DNA of 64,000 nt, taken from positions 20,770,001 to 20,834,000 of the forward strand of contig JBHGNT010000006.1 in the NCBI GenBank assembly GCA_043228905.1. The letters run 5' to 3'. Every line of letters starts with the position of its first letter. Position 1 is the stretch's first letter. The position numbers were made by a program, and so were the translations under genes. The notes beneath the pieces were generated by a model. The model was not told the DNA's origin and ran no database searches. It saw nothing but the letters and a program-made list of their open reading frames with translations. This DNA comes from Azolla caroliniana. Lineage: Eukaryota; Plantae; Polypodiophyta. This document shows, piece by piece, positions 13,581-25,068 of the stretch.

Positions 13581-14529
13581 TGTCGTAGTGTAATTCGCAC
13601 ACTACGTGAAAAATTACATTTTTGGTCTCTCCGGATAGGACATGGAGTACCCGGTGAGAATCGGAAGGAGGAACTGGTTAGGATCGAAACCGGTAAGGAG
13701 ACTCGGCAAGAGCCGGATGAAGAAGGCCGGTGAGAGTCGGTGAGAAACGGACGAAGAGGACCGGTAAGGAGGACCCGGTAAGAACCAGATAAAGAAAACT
13801 GGAGAGAACTGGATGAAGCAGAACCGGCAAGAGCCGGATGAAGAAGGCCGGTGAGAGCCTCTCACCTGATGAAGACACATATTTGTAAATAGAAGAAACT
13901 ATAAAAATATATATTACATGCATAGGGAAAGATTCGAACCTTGCACCTCCATGTTAATAATGTTAAGCCTTATCACTATACTAGCATATTATGAATTTTA
14001 AAGGTATACTAAACTTTATCCCATGTAAATATTCTAGATATGCATGGTACAAAAAGTTACTCATACATACAAACTCGAGTTAAAAGAAAAAGATGGGATA
14101 GAAAGTTAATCATGCACATGCAGTATGCATGAAAACTAAAGTTAGAAAAAGCATGTTAGATAAAGCATATAGTCTATAGTTAGAGAAAAAGCATGGATTG
14201 TGAAGACTCTGTCATCACTATATAAGGATGAGGAGCACAATGTAATAGGTGTGTGAAATATTTGGGGAATTGGATATATTTCCTAAAACACCAATTAATA
14301 TAATATATTCGTGGGATTCACGAAGTTGTGATCAAAATTGTCTCTTACTATCTAAATATTGATTAAATACACTAAACTCGTGTGATTCATGAGATTCATA
14401 ACTTACCTATCTTTCTAATAAATCTGTCCATAACCATAAACTTGTCTCAAATTCTTCCTCCTCCTAGTCCAAAACCCCAGTGGTTCCCACCCGACTCACG
14501 CAAATGATCCAGAGCCGAAAGGCACGACA
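13581..14529 (+). repeat. E2 5' LTR (949 bp)
   Basis: Direct repeat of 16806-17752; CCGG-rich degenerate repeats in U3; TATATAA at ~14219. Confidence 0.92.
13921..13993 (-). promoter_or_regulatory. tRNA-like A/B-box module in the E2 LTR (antisense; second copy 17144-17216)
   Basis: Minus strand TAGTATAGTGATAAG ... CAAGGTTCGAATCTTT (T-arm-like). Confidence 0.6.
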
Positions 14530-14546
14530 CATTTGGTGAACTTGAT

Positions 14547-15833
14547 GTGAAGACGGGTGGCAAGGAGATGGAGAATCAACAAGAGGCGATGTCCATGATG
14601 ATGATGATGATGATGATTGAGCGGATGCAACAAGAACAACACACGATGTTGGAGATGAAGGCGGTAGTAGAGCGGCTTGTGCGACAAAATGGGGAATTCA
14701 ATGGAAAGGATGTGTCACGTTACCTATGTGACTATAAGGCGGAGATGATGTGATGTGGGATACCGGAAGGATTGCAAGTGATATCGTTTAGCCGGGTAGC
14801 CACGAATGAGCTACAAGAGAGAATCCACAAGATACGGCAACAAAACCCAATATGGGGGTCCTTTGAAGAAGCTTTACGAGAGGCATATGATTACGAGAGA
14901 CCGAAGGGACGAGATCAGCGAGAGTTCGATGAATGGGTGGCATCAGACAAGACCCACCGAAGTGCAACACTAGCATTCTTAGAGTTTGAGTATCATTTTG
15001 CTCAACTCTCGAAGCGGGAACAACGATTGGTGGGGATGGATAAAGTCCTAATGTTCGTGAAGTCGATCGATCGGAAAGAAAGGATGGACATCGGGATCGA
15101 ACTCGAAGACGATGACGGTGCGAATGGTCTTACTGAGGATTGGGCTGAAGTCGAAAGAGTATGCCGAAGACATGATAAGAGGAAGATGAGAATATCATCG
15201 GCAACAACATGGCCTATGAGGGATGATCGATTAAGGATAAACGATGTGGCTGATACGAAGGCCGAAGTACGAGTTGATGGTACCACGGGAGAGGGTGTGG
15301 AACAAGGCACCCTCTCTTCTTGCGAAAGAACGACGACCAAGGATAAGGTCGATGACTTGAGAGTGGCGAACACCACTTGAAGAACGGAAGAAGGTTTCGG
15401 AATACGAGTGTTCGAGACATCGGATGAGAAAGAGGTAAGCATAATAGATGCTTTCATAATTGATGGAGATAAAGAGTGTGAGGCGGACTTGATTGAGGAG
15501 GTCACCACGAAAGATGACATCGAATCAGAGGTGGCTATGGACGAATCAATGGCAGATGGCCGTGTGAAGACTTTCCCACCACTAGTTCTACAGACTTCGG
15601 CGGTTGCGTTCGAAAGGCAACGTGAGACCGAAGAGACAGAAGATGGCGGAGAGAAAACAAAGGCCGAAGCTGATGCATACAATGGAGAGATAGCCAAGAA
15701 GGTGGATATGCGTGAAACGACGGAGAATGATAATACTGAGGATTCCTGCCCACTAATCCTAGAGACTTCGGCGGTTGTGTCCAAGAAGCAACGTGAGACC
15801 GCAGAGACGGGAGGTGGCGGCAAGAAAGGTTAA
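14547..15833 (+). pseudogene. E2 gag-like ORF with internal stops and acidic C-terminal extension
   Basis: ORFs 14547-14753, 14772-15380 and 15408-15833 share a frame and are separated by stops; the N-terminal part aligns by eye with the E3 gag. Confidence 0.7.
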
Positions 15834-16805
15834 GTCAGAAGCCGGTTCGGATGGAAGATGATCTGGATGAAATTCCGATCTAAACAAAAACCGACCCAGA
15901 AGGGGGCCGACTCGGTCCAAACCGATCAACCGAGTCCGATTCAGCTGAATACGAATCCGATCGGAAGCCAATCTAACCGAAAGCTGATCAGACAAGATCG
16001 AATCGGAAAGAAGCTAATTCGATTCAGTCGGAGGTTGAACCGGTCGAGGCCGGTGAACATGAGGAAAAGAAAGCCAACTGAAACCGAGACCAATAGATCG
16101 AAACCGACCTGAAAGGGGACCGAATCGGTAAAAACAGATAAACCGAGTCCGGTTCGGGTGAATACGAATCGGAATGGAAGCCGATTCAACCGAAAGACGA
16201 TCGAGCAAGACCGATCTAGAAAGAAATCAAGGTTGCTAAAGATAAGGAAGAGGCTAAGCAAAGGCACTACCATGAACGACAAGGACCAAGCGGGCCAAGT
16301 GGATTTGAAGAGTGTTACCGAGGATGAGATCTCAACAAAGGAGGGCTCTAACATGAAGATTGTCAACTCTAACGCAAGATTATACGACAAAAGTGAACAA
16401 AGTGGGAAGCATGGAACATGCACAAGACATGAAGGGTTATGCTCAAGAGGAGCACGAGGAGCCGCGACAACTAACCATGGCCATGCAAACAGTGAACGAA
16501 GAATATGGTGGATCGGACGACGACAATGGTTCGGGTGGAAAGAATGGATGTGCTCAAAGTGGAGAGGCAAAGTTGACATAGCAAGAGAAACGGAGTGGAT
16601 TGCGAGTAAAGGAGAAATACGAGAGCCGGCAACCGAAAACCGGGCGGAGCCGACGACCGAAAACTAGCAACCGAAATAAACCGGCAACAAAATCGGCAAT
16701 GAGACCGGCGACGATACCAATCGAGCAGAGACCAGATGGAAGAGACTAACAATCACCGACAGCTTCGGCACATACCGGAGGATGTGCGGGTTAGGAGGGG
16801 GCGAG

Positions 16806-17752
16806 TGTCGTAGTGTAATTCGCACACTACATGAAAAATTACATTTTTGGTCTCTCCGGATAGGACATGGAGTACTCGGTGAGAACCGAAAGGAGCAACC
16901 GGTAAGGATCGAAACCGGTAAAGAGACCTGGCAAGAGCTGGATGAAGAAGGCCGGTGAGTCGGTGAGAAACGAATGAAGAAGACCGGTAAGGAGGATCCG
17001 GTAAGAACCGGATAAAGAAAACCGGCGAGAACTGGATGAAGCAGAACCGGCAAGAGCCGGGTGAAGAAGGCCGGTGAGAGCCTCTCACCTGATGAAGACA
17101 CATATTTGTAAATAGAAGAAACTATAAAAATATATATTACATGCATAGGGAAAGATTCGAACCTTGCACCTCCATGTTAATAATGTTAAGCCTTATCACT
17201 ATACTAGCATATTATGAATTTTAAAGGTATACTAAACTTTATCCCATGTAAATATTCTAGATATGCATGGTACAAAAATTTACTCATACATACACACTCG
17301 AGTTAAAAGAAAAAGATGGGATAGAAAGTTAATCATGCACATGCAGTGTGCATGAAAACTAAAGTTAGAAAAAGCATGTTAGATAAAGCATATAGTCTAT
17401 AGTTAGAGAAAAAGCATGGATTGTGAAGACTCTGTCATCACTATATAAGGATGAGGAGCACAATGTAATAGGTGTGTGAAATATTTGGGGAATTGGATAT
17501 ATTTCCTAAAACACCAATTAATATAATATATTCGTGGGATTCACGAAGTTGTGATCAAAATTGTCTCTTACTATCTAAATATTGATTAAATACACTAAAC
17601 TCGTGGGATTCATGAGATTCATAACTTACCTATCTTTCTAATAAATCTGTCAATAACCATAAACTTGTCTCAAATTCTTCCTCCTCCTAGTCCAAAACCC
17701 CAGTGGTTCCCACCCGACTCACGCAAACGATCCGGGGCCGAAAGGCATGACA
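16806..17752 (+). repeat. E2 3' LTR (947 bp)
   Basis: Direct repeat of 13581-14529. Confidence 0.92.
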
Positions 17753-18501
17753 ACATGCACGATGGAATTGGTGTTGAGGGCCTCGCACAGTGCAGTGGCA
17801 GATGACACGGCCGGGGTTGCCACAATAGAGACAGAGTCCATTGTCCCGACGATGTTGGCGTTGGGCTTCAGTTAGTGCTTGGAACCGAGCATGGTCGATC
17901 TCCATCGGGGTATGGGAATCGACCTCCATTGTGGTATGGGTTTCACTGGCTGATGGTAAGGTTGGTGTGGGCGACAAGTAGGGCTTGGTGATTGTTGCAT
18001 TCCGAGAAGAAGCTTGAGACCCGCGAGTCCTCCGTTTTCTTGACGAAGTTCGAAAAGACGATTGTCACACTGGACAACTTGGGAGATTACCTGAGACAAC
18101 GATGTGGGCTCTGGGAACTTTAAGAGAAGAGTCTTGACGTCATTTCGGAGACCACGACGGAAATGGTCGCATAGGGCTTGGTCATCGCAACTAACATCGC
18201 AGGAAATCTGGCGGAACTCTGAGGCGTAGATCGAGGCAGGACGTGAACCTTGTTGGACAGAATAAAGCTTTGTGAGTGCTGTTCGTCGCCGATCTATCTC
18301 GCCAAATGTCGCTTTGAGCTCCTCCATGATAGCGGTGAAGTCCTCCAAGAGAGGGGATGAGGTCTCGATCAAGGGTGCAAACCATGCTTGCGCTGGCCCA
18401 AAGAGAAGCGTGCCGACAAACCCAACCCGAGAAAAGTCCCTAGCATTCTGTTGGGCTGTAATCGGATAATAAGCTGAATTTGGTTGATGAAGTCGCGGCA
18501 T
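17753..18501 (-). pseudogene. E1 gag remnant
   Basis: Retrotransposon gag motifs (GPAQAWF, QGSRPASIYASEF, FRRGL) and PMEID followed by a CLYCG knuckle. Confidence 0.8.
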
Positions 18502-18535
18502 TTTTGAAATAATACAATTACATTGTGTGCCTCTC

Positions 18536-19303
18536 TGTTGTTACCGGCCTAAGGTAACACAGTGTATGATACTCGTCCTTCGGTATCCGAATCAAGGTCT
18601 TGTGGTAAGGATCAGATCAGATTGGTAAGTCGTTTAGTGATGTCTGACCGTAATCGTTGCCCATATGAATCAAAATTAGTGTGGTTGTGGAGACTGAAAA
18701 TCCGAGCCGACTGCACCCAATCGCCGTGCGCGATACACGGTGCACTTACGGATGCTCAACACAAATAAGGACTTCAACACAGAACATAGAGTATAAGCAA
18801 ACAAATTTCTATTATCAAGAATACTGAATACCGTACTCGATTAGCTTTTTGGGTGAAAGCATGTGAATAGAAACACTATTATAGCTAACATGTAACTAAA
18901 ATGGCCACAACTAAATAGTTTTTTTGTTTGCTATCTTAAAGATAAATATAATTTATTATGGGGAGGAAAATATTACCATTTAAGGTTCACATTTTAGTCG
19001 GTCTTTATTTGAGATCACATTCTAAGAATCCCTAAAATTGCCAAAATATGCAAATTACATGTAGCTTTTTACATAGCTAATTAGTTATGTCAAGGACACA
19101 GTTAATTGTTCCCATTCCCATGCTTTCACCCTTTTACATTCTTTCCATGCCCTTCTTATAGGGATCATGGGTGGTTATGTTCAGAGCGTTAACAGTTACT
19201 ACTAATAATAACTAAGTGCCATTTTCAGTCTGTCTTCTTTACTCGTTCGGCCCGTAATTGTTCTTTGACCTTTTCACACTTGGGTCGTCTAGACCGGCCA
19301 ACA
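18536..19303 (-). mobile_element. Probable solo or orphan LTR (~768 bp)
   Basis: TGTTG...CAACA inverted termini, LTR-like composition, TATA-like motif at ~18877-18883 on minus. No matching TSD, PBS or PPT recognised. Confidence 0.4.
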
Positions 19304-20696
19304 CATGGCATGCCCATGGGACAATGCCTGCATGGTCGAACCTCACGGGCTGGTTAGGTCTCTATTGGTTTCTTTGACTGGTGTGAGGGCTCGGTTTGTT
19401 GAGGCCATTCACTATCCTTGTCTTGCCACTCCATTGGTAAAAAGGATCTGTAGCCGTTTCGACAAACGGTGTGAATGGAGTGACGAGGGATCGTCGACAA
19501 CAGGCCCGACGATGGGAAGAAATCTTGAAGACCCGGTTCTGACCCGAACGGAAGGGACGCGTCCATCCGGGGTAGCGACTCTAGAAGAGCTGACGCAGAT
19601 GGTACGCGATCTCCAGATCGCGCATGCCTGAAAGGATAGTGGAGGATAGTTGGAGGGCCGGAGGCCTTTGGTCGACCAACGATGTATGTGGTGCGACGTG
19701 GTCGGTCATGTCCAAAGAGAATCCACTGACTTTGCCGAGGCACTCCGGAGCAATGTAGTGTACTTGTGGAATGGGCGGGTGCACGCAAGCGAGACTCGGA
19801 AAGCCCTGGAGTCAAAATACCAGCCGGGGTGGAATGAAGCAGTTAATGGAAGAAGCGATGGCTCGACACGCTGAGGCCGTCCAATTACTTAGTATCAACT
19901 GGTATCTGGGTTGGGGGTGACGGCGGTTTGAAGTCGAAAGACTCCAGATTCTAGCTGTTGGTGCTAGAAGGCCTCTCCGGAGTACGACTGAGGAAGGAGG
20001 AAGCGAACCACGCGGAGAAGCGAGTCTGGGAGGTTACAGGGTGGAACGATCCGATCCAGGAGAAGACTGGTTTCATGGAAGGGGCGTGCTAGAACCACGA
20101 TGTTCTGGTGGAGGACAAGCGAGCAGGCAAGGGCGAAGGAGTTGAGCCCTCCAACCAATATGAGACAAGGAGCGTGCCAAAGAAGAACGAAGCCAGTAAT
20201 TCCGGCTTACAGGAAAGGTTGGAGCCGGCTAGTTACCGGCTGGGCACGGAAATAGAAAGAGGGACAGACTTGCGAAAAGTCCTCGAAGAAAAAATCCTTG
20301 ACAACCGGGTGGAGCTGACTTTGAGGGAAGTGCTAGGGATCGCCAAGGAGTTACATGACTCCATCGTGGACTTGGTGAAGCGCAAGAGGCTCGCGATGGA
20401 GAAGCCTGTGGAGGTATGAACGGCGCACGTGGATGACGCCGCCGTGGAAGATGAAGTGCCAGAGAGCACTATTTGAAGCCGCACTGGGCAAGGGCGACTA
20501 CGGAAACTCCCGCTCGGATTGGGAACGTTCAGGAACCGGTGGTGGCACTAATAGACCATGGATCCGAAATAAACCTAATGTCCATGGATTTCTACAGGAA
20601 GGGGAAATGACCAATCAATACCAAGCACGACTGAAGAATACGCGCGGCCACGTGTACTACGGAGGAGCTGCACGGGGCGTGCTCGAATGTACGCGT

Positions 20697-21508
20697 TGTC
20701 GAGATATTACGCAAGTGCGTGTGGAATCGAGGCGGGGCCGCGGGGGTCTCGAACCAAAGAGCAAGCGAGGGAGGAGAGAGAGAGAACCTGCTACGCAGAA
20801 CCGGGGATACACAGGGACACGGCCCTTCAACACGGAGAACACGAACGGACATCGACTCAGACAGATGCGGATGACTAGATATGTATATTAACAAAATGGC
20901 TAACACGACTACAACCCTCGATGGGGCACAGGTTGGTTACGACCGAACAGGCCGGCGAACAGATGCCGATGCCTGTTCGCTTCGACGCACAAACAGGGGG
21001 AACGGGGTGAACGGGGTTTTGCAGGTCGGAGGTGCTGCCGGAAGCACTCGGCGTTCCTCGAAACAGCGCGAGCCTCCTCGGAACCCTGCACAGAAAGCTA
21101 TCGAGCTCAAGAAGGAAGGAAACAGAGAGAGAGAAGCGTCCAGAAACGGTCCGACAGCACTTCGTCCTCTCCGCCCGAGATGCCTGCAACAGCTCTTTCC
21201 TCCTCTTTTTATAGCCGAGCGAGCAGGCCGTCATGTCAGCTTTTATTCCCTGTCCCTTTTGGACAGGGATCCGCTCCGTCCTTCACGCGTCCGCGTAGTT
21301 ACGCCGCCGACTCGTACAGTTCCTTCGCTCGCGCGTGCGACCGAAAAGACTGTTCGCGCGGTCTTTGTCTCCACTTGTGTCAGGGCCCGTTCCTGCCGAT
21401 TATCCTCCTAATTCGCTTCCATGTACAACTTGGAGCTTGCGCGCGTGAAGAACCGGTTCCCACGCCTAGGTGCGCCGATTCCGCCTATGGACGGTTTTCT
21501 TCACGACA
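20697..21508 (-). repeat. E3 3' LTR
   Basis: TG...CA termini; direct repeat of 27230-28041. Confidence 0.95.
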
Positions 21509-21579
21509 TCCGCCCCCACCTAACCGCGCATCCTCCGGTATGCGCCAAGAGAGTTGGGACGGAGAAAACCGGCCCGTCT

Positions 21580-24500
21580 TCATGCTTCGCCCGTCGGTTC
21601 TTCCTCGTTTTCGGATCGTTCGTCACTGCCGACTAGGAGAGCCGGGTCCGGCTCGTCGTCATGTCGCTTCTTGAACGCTTTGATCCGCTTCCCTGCAACC
21701 GGTATCGCCACCCTCGTGCCGTCAAGTTCCGCCAGGTGATATGTCCCGTTGTCATTGGCGCTCCGTACCACGTAAGGCCCGAACCACCTTCGTGCGAACT
21801 TCCGTGTGGCTCGGTGCTGGTTGTCGAGGCTGCTGTCGTAAACGAGCACCGAGTCACCTTCTTCGATTTTCTTCGGTCGGAGCCGGTGCGTTTGGTCGAA
21901 CCGGGCTTTGTTCTTTTTCCTTGCCACCCGGAGCTTCTCCGCAGCCAGTTCCACGTCCTCCGGTCTCCGCTCGAGCTGTCGTATGCGCGCGGCCAACAAC
22001 TCCTCCCGGCTCATCTCGTCCCTCCAGTCGACCGTTGCCCACGAGGAGATCGTCCGTTCCATCGGCATGATCGGCTTCTGGCCGAGCATGAGCTCCGTCG
22101 GCATGTACCCGGTTACCGAACTGTGCGTGGTCCGGTCTGCCCACAAAGCATAGGGTAGCAGCCGCGGCCAGTCACCGACTCGGCCTCCGCATGCCCGGAC
22201 CAACGCCTTGACGATCGGTCCGTGTCCGCGCTCCACCTTTCCGTTCGCCTCCGGATTGTACGCAGTGGTGAGCGAGAGCTTGACTCCCAGCCGGTCGAAC
22301 AGCTCCGCAGCTTCTTCGGCGTCCAACTCCCCTCGGTCAGCCACGATCTTCCCGACGCACCCGTACCGACATATCACGTCCTCGATTAGGAACCGGCATA
22401 CGGCCGCGGTCGTTTTGTTCGGAAGGGCCCGGCCTTCCACCTGGTTCGTCAGATCCTCCCGTGCTAGGACCAGGTACCGCATCTGTCCTACTCCCATTGG
22501 CATCGTTACCAGATCTACCATCCATTTGAAATGGATGGCCGGAGGGTACGTAGGGTGAAGCTCGTCTCGATGTCGGACTATGGAGTGCATCTGGCAGCTC
22601 TCGCAAGTTGTCACGAACCGATGCACGTCCTGGTACTGCCCTGGCCACCAATACTTCCCCTTCAGTTTCTCAAACGTAGCCCATGTTCCACGGTGTCCAG
22701 CCCAAGGGCTGTCGTGGTAGGCCGTCAGCAGCTCCTCCTGTTCTTCCTTCCTTGCCACCACCCGGAGCGGAGCGCCGTCCCTCTTCTTCGGGTGCTTCCA
22801 TAGACAGCCATCCCGGAGAAAGAACCGGTACGCTTTCTTCCGGATCCGGTTGGCCTCGTCCTTCGTCCATGACGCATCGGGCGTCATTGTCTTCAAAAAC
22901 CCACCGATCTGCAGCCACTCCCCGTCGTACTTGCTCGCGTCGAAGTCGTTAAGCGCCGGAGTGCTTGTCCCGTCGGTTGTTACATGCACAGTCTCGAAGA
23001 AGTCCACGCCGACCTCTTCGTCCTCCGAAACCATGCCGCCCTCGTCATCGAATCTCGCCCTTGAAAGCATGTCGGCCATGGCGTTGTCTTTCCCGGAAAT
23101 GTGTCGTATTACCGGATCTAGGGACTTGATGTACGCTATCCACCTGAGCATTGCTAGGTCCGGCGTCGCGCATCCGGAAACCATGCCGAGAATCGGCATG
23201 CAATCCGTCTCTATGACTACCTCCGTCCCGATCAGATAGTCCTTGTCGGCCTTCACCGCCGAAACGATACCCCAGAGTTCGCGTTTAACCTGGGCGTATC
23301 CTCGCTGCCGTTCGCTGAGGACCTTCGCGCCGAATCGGATCGGAAACCGATTGCCGTCCTCGTCTTCCTGGTTGACGACCCACCCGATTCCGGTCGGACT
23401 CGTGTCAACCGTTATGTACACTGGGGTGCCCTTCCTGTAGACGGCCTTTCGGAGCGCCGGTGCTGCCGAGAGAGCCTCCTTCAGCTTCCGGACCGACTCC
23501 GCGTGCTTGTCTAGCCATTCGAATCTTCGCCCTTTCCTCAATAACCCGTATAGCGGCTCCGCAACGTGGGCGTAATGCGGGATCCATATGTGGTAGAATG
23601 CGCATGCCCCCAGGAATCTTCGTACTTCCGTGACCGAGCTGCAGTCGGGCTTCATCGCGGAGATGGCTTCTACCTTTGCCGGAGACGGTTTCCGGCCATA
23701 TGGCCCACATAAGTGTCCGACCACCATGATTTCCGACTGCCCGAAGGCTGATTTCTCCCCCGAGAAGGTGAGCCTCGCAACCTCTAGCCTTTGCAGCACC
23801 TTCTCGCAGTCGTCGATGTGCGCCATCACGAATCGCCGGCATCCGTCCGGCCCGACCGTCTCGTCCTTCTCTTCTACCGGGCATCCCTTGATCGGGATGT
23901 CGTCTAGAAACGGCATGGTGATGCCCGGGATGCAGTCCCTCAGCACCTTGTTCATTGCATTCACCATGTGGGCCACCGAGTTGGTCCCTCCTTGCGGCAG
24001 CGTACACATCCGCACTAGGCCGAGGGGAGTTCGCATCGTCGTGATGTCTCTGCTCTCCACGGCTAGCTGGAACTGGTCGTACCCCGAGTATAGATCACCG
24101 ACCGAGTAAATCGACCTTCCGGCGAAGGCCTCCGCGAACTCGTCTATGGTCGGTCCGATCCCTGTGTTCCGAATGGTCACCCTATTGACCGGTTGCAGGT
24201 CCTGAATGAAGCGCAATGATCCGTTTTTCTTTGGTACGGTAAACCACCGGTTTGAATACGGGGCGCTCGACGGCTCGAGAATGCCCATATCAACTTTCTG
24301 CTTCAACAGCTCCATCAACATCGGGATGTGAGCTCTCGGAACCGAAATTGGCTTGAGATTCCACGGTACATGCGGTACCGTGAATATCACCATTGGCTCT
24401 ACGATCGTCGGGTCTACGCACCCGATTTCCTCCGGTGAGAATGCGAAGGCTTTCCCGTGCCTTCCGAGCATTCTCCGAAACCGGTCTTCCTCCATCGGCA

Positions 24501-25062
24501 GTAGGAACCCGCCCCCACCGATCTTCAGCTCGCGGAGCGTCTCGTTGGTGAAGGTGTGTCCTATGCAGGCCGGATCTCGTAAGCTGGGGTCCGATGCAAC
24601 CCCTTTGATTCGGGATTCGCTGCCCTCCGGTAAGGGCGCCGCAACTGGCCTCACCTTCCGGTCCACCGTCTTGTACTTGGTGCTCACTCGGGCCGTCCGT
24701 TCCGACTCGAGCCCTCGACCGAAGTCTGCGATGACTTCGTACATTTCTTCGGAACATACCGGTATCGTCCGGTCTTCGTTAAGGTCTTCTTCGACTACCT
24801 TCCCCAGCATCCCCAAGGTGTCGTCGAGGGAGACTGCCTCCACGGCTCCGTTGATTCCTTCGTCAGGGCCGAGAACTCCGCACGCCCGAAGTCTCCCCTC
24901 CGTCTTTGTTTTCTCTCGGCCGGTGATGCCGACCATCGTACATGCTCCGCTGTCGGAGAAGCAAAATTTCCTACCTATTGTACACGGTTTTATCGTACAG
25001 ATGTGGGGGTTTCCCGGAGCATCCGGACTGTCGCGGCCCCACGCCTTGGCAGTCCTCTCTAA
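21580..25062 (-). CDS. pol: E3 Pol (RT-RNase H-integrase), in the -1 frame relative to gag-pro; first ATG at 24936
   Basis: 1118-aa ORF with LPQG, FLDD, RNase H (VDTS..ELWG..TDC), an H-H-C-C integrase zinc finger, DDE core and FGPY (GPY/F) module; no chromodomain. The frame stays open up to the slippery site at 25062-25068. Confidence 0.93.
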   Translation of the reverse strand, partial: LERTAKAWGRDSPDAPGNPHICTIKPCTIGRKFCFSDSGACTMVGITGREKTKTEGRLRACGVLGPDEGINGAVEAVSLDDTLGMLGKVVEEDLNEDRTIPVCSEEMYEVIADFGRGLESERTARVSTKYKTVDRKVRPVAAPLPEGSESRIKGVASDPSLRDPACIGHTFTNETLRELKIGGGGFLLPMEEDRFRRMLGRHGKAFAFSPEEIGCVDPTIVEPMVIFTVPHVPWNLKPISVPRAHIPMLMELLKQKVDMGILEPSSAPYSNRWFTVPKKNGSLRFIQDLQPVNRVTIRNTGIGPTIDEFAEAFAGRSIYSVGDLYSGYDQFQLAVESRDITTMRTPLGLVRMCTLPQGGTNSVAHMVNAMNKVLRDCIPGITMPFLDDIPIKGCPVEEKDETVGPDGCRRFVMAHIDDCEKVLQRLEVARLTFSGEKSAFGQSEIMVVGHLCGPYGRKPSPAKVEAISAMKPDCSSVTEVRRFLGACAFYHIWIPHYAHVAEPLYGLLRKGRRFEWLDKHAESVRKLKEALSAAPALRKAVYRKGTPVYITVDTSPTGIGWVVNQEDEDGNRFPIRFGAKVLSERQRGYAQVKRELWGIVSAVKADKDYLIGTEVVIETDCMPILGMVSGCATPDLAMLRWIAYIKSLDPVIRHISGKDNAMADMLSRARFDDEGGMVSEDEEVGVDFFETVHVTTDGTSTPALNDFDASKYDGEWLQIGGFLKTMTPDASWTKDEANRIRKKAYRFFLRDGCLWKHPKKRDGAPLRVVARKEEQEELLTAYHDSPWAGHRGTWATFEKLKGKYWWPGQYQDVHRFVTTCESCQMHSIVRHRDELHPTYPPAIHFKWMVDLVTMPMGVGQMRYLVLAREDLTNQVEGRALPNKTTAAVCRFLIEDVICRYGCVGKIVADRGELDAEEAAELFDRLGVKLSLTTAYNPEANGKVERGHGPIVKALVRACGGRVGDWPRLLPYALWADRTTHSSVTGYMPTELMLGQKPIMPMERTISSWATVDWRDEMSREELLAARIRQLERRPEDVELAAEKLRVARKKNKARFDQTHRLRPKKIEEGDSVLVYDSSLDNQHRATRKFARRWFGPYVVRSANDNGTYHLAELDGTRVAIPVAGKRIKAFKKRHDDEPDPALLVGSDERSENEEEPTGEA

Positions 25063-25068
25063 AAATCC
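25003..25068 (-). promoter_or_regulatory. Putative -1 programmed ribosomal frameshift signal (G GAU UUU + 6 nt + pseudoknot)
   Basis: Heptamer immediately before the gag UAG. Stem 1 GGACUG/CAGUCC, stem 2 GUGGGG/CCCCAC. Homologous signals at ~28280, ~38714-38782, ~43008 and ~54812. Confidence 0.75.

Larger units (their letters stand above)
13581..17752 (+). mobile_element. E2: non-autonomous gag-only LTR element (Trp-primed group), 4172 bp, inserted in E1
   Basis: LTRs 13581-14529 and 16806-17752 (TGTCG...GACA). PBS TGGTGAACTTGATGTGAA 14534-14551. PPT GGAGGGGGCGAG. TSD ACGT/ACAT. Internal gag-like remnant (FNGKDVSRYL..F.RVA) plus acidic repeats; no pol. Confidence 0.88.
9651..18510 (-). mobile_element. 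E1: 5'-truncated Ty3/Gypsy chromovirus (Tcn1-like), interrupted by E2
   Basis: 3' LTR 9651-10048 (TGTCA...TGACA) with PPT GAGGGAGAATAA. Degenerate gag (GPAQAWF, CLYCGNPG zinc knuckle), PR, RT (YLDD), RNase H (DAS), integrase (SMDFI, HPQTDGQ) and a type-I chromodomain (EYEVDRIL...YLV). No 5' LTR found. Clade is inferred. Confidence 0.88.

Noticed and set aside
13640-13860. Regularly spaced AACCGG/CCGG repeats resembling a CRISPR-like array
   Set aside because: Degenerate U3 repeats without constant repeat-spacer structure, in a eukaryotic LTR context.
20881-21411. 176-aa ORF (and its twin at 27414-27944) inside the E3 LTR
   Set aside because: Antisense frame in GC-rich LTR sequence. It is identical only because the LTRs are identical, and it is not conserved in the E7/E8 LTRs.
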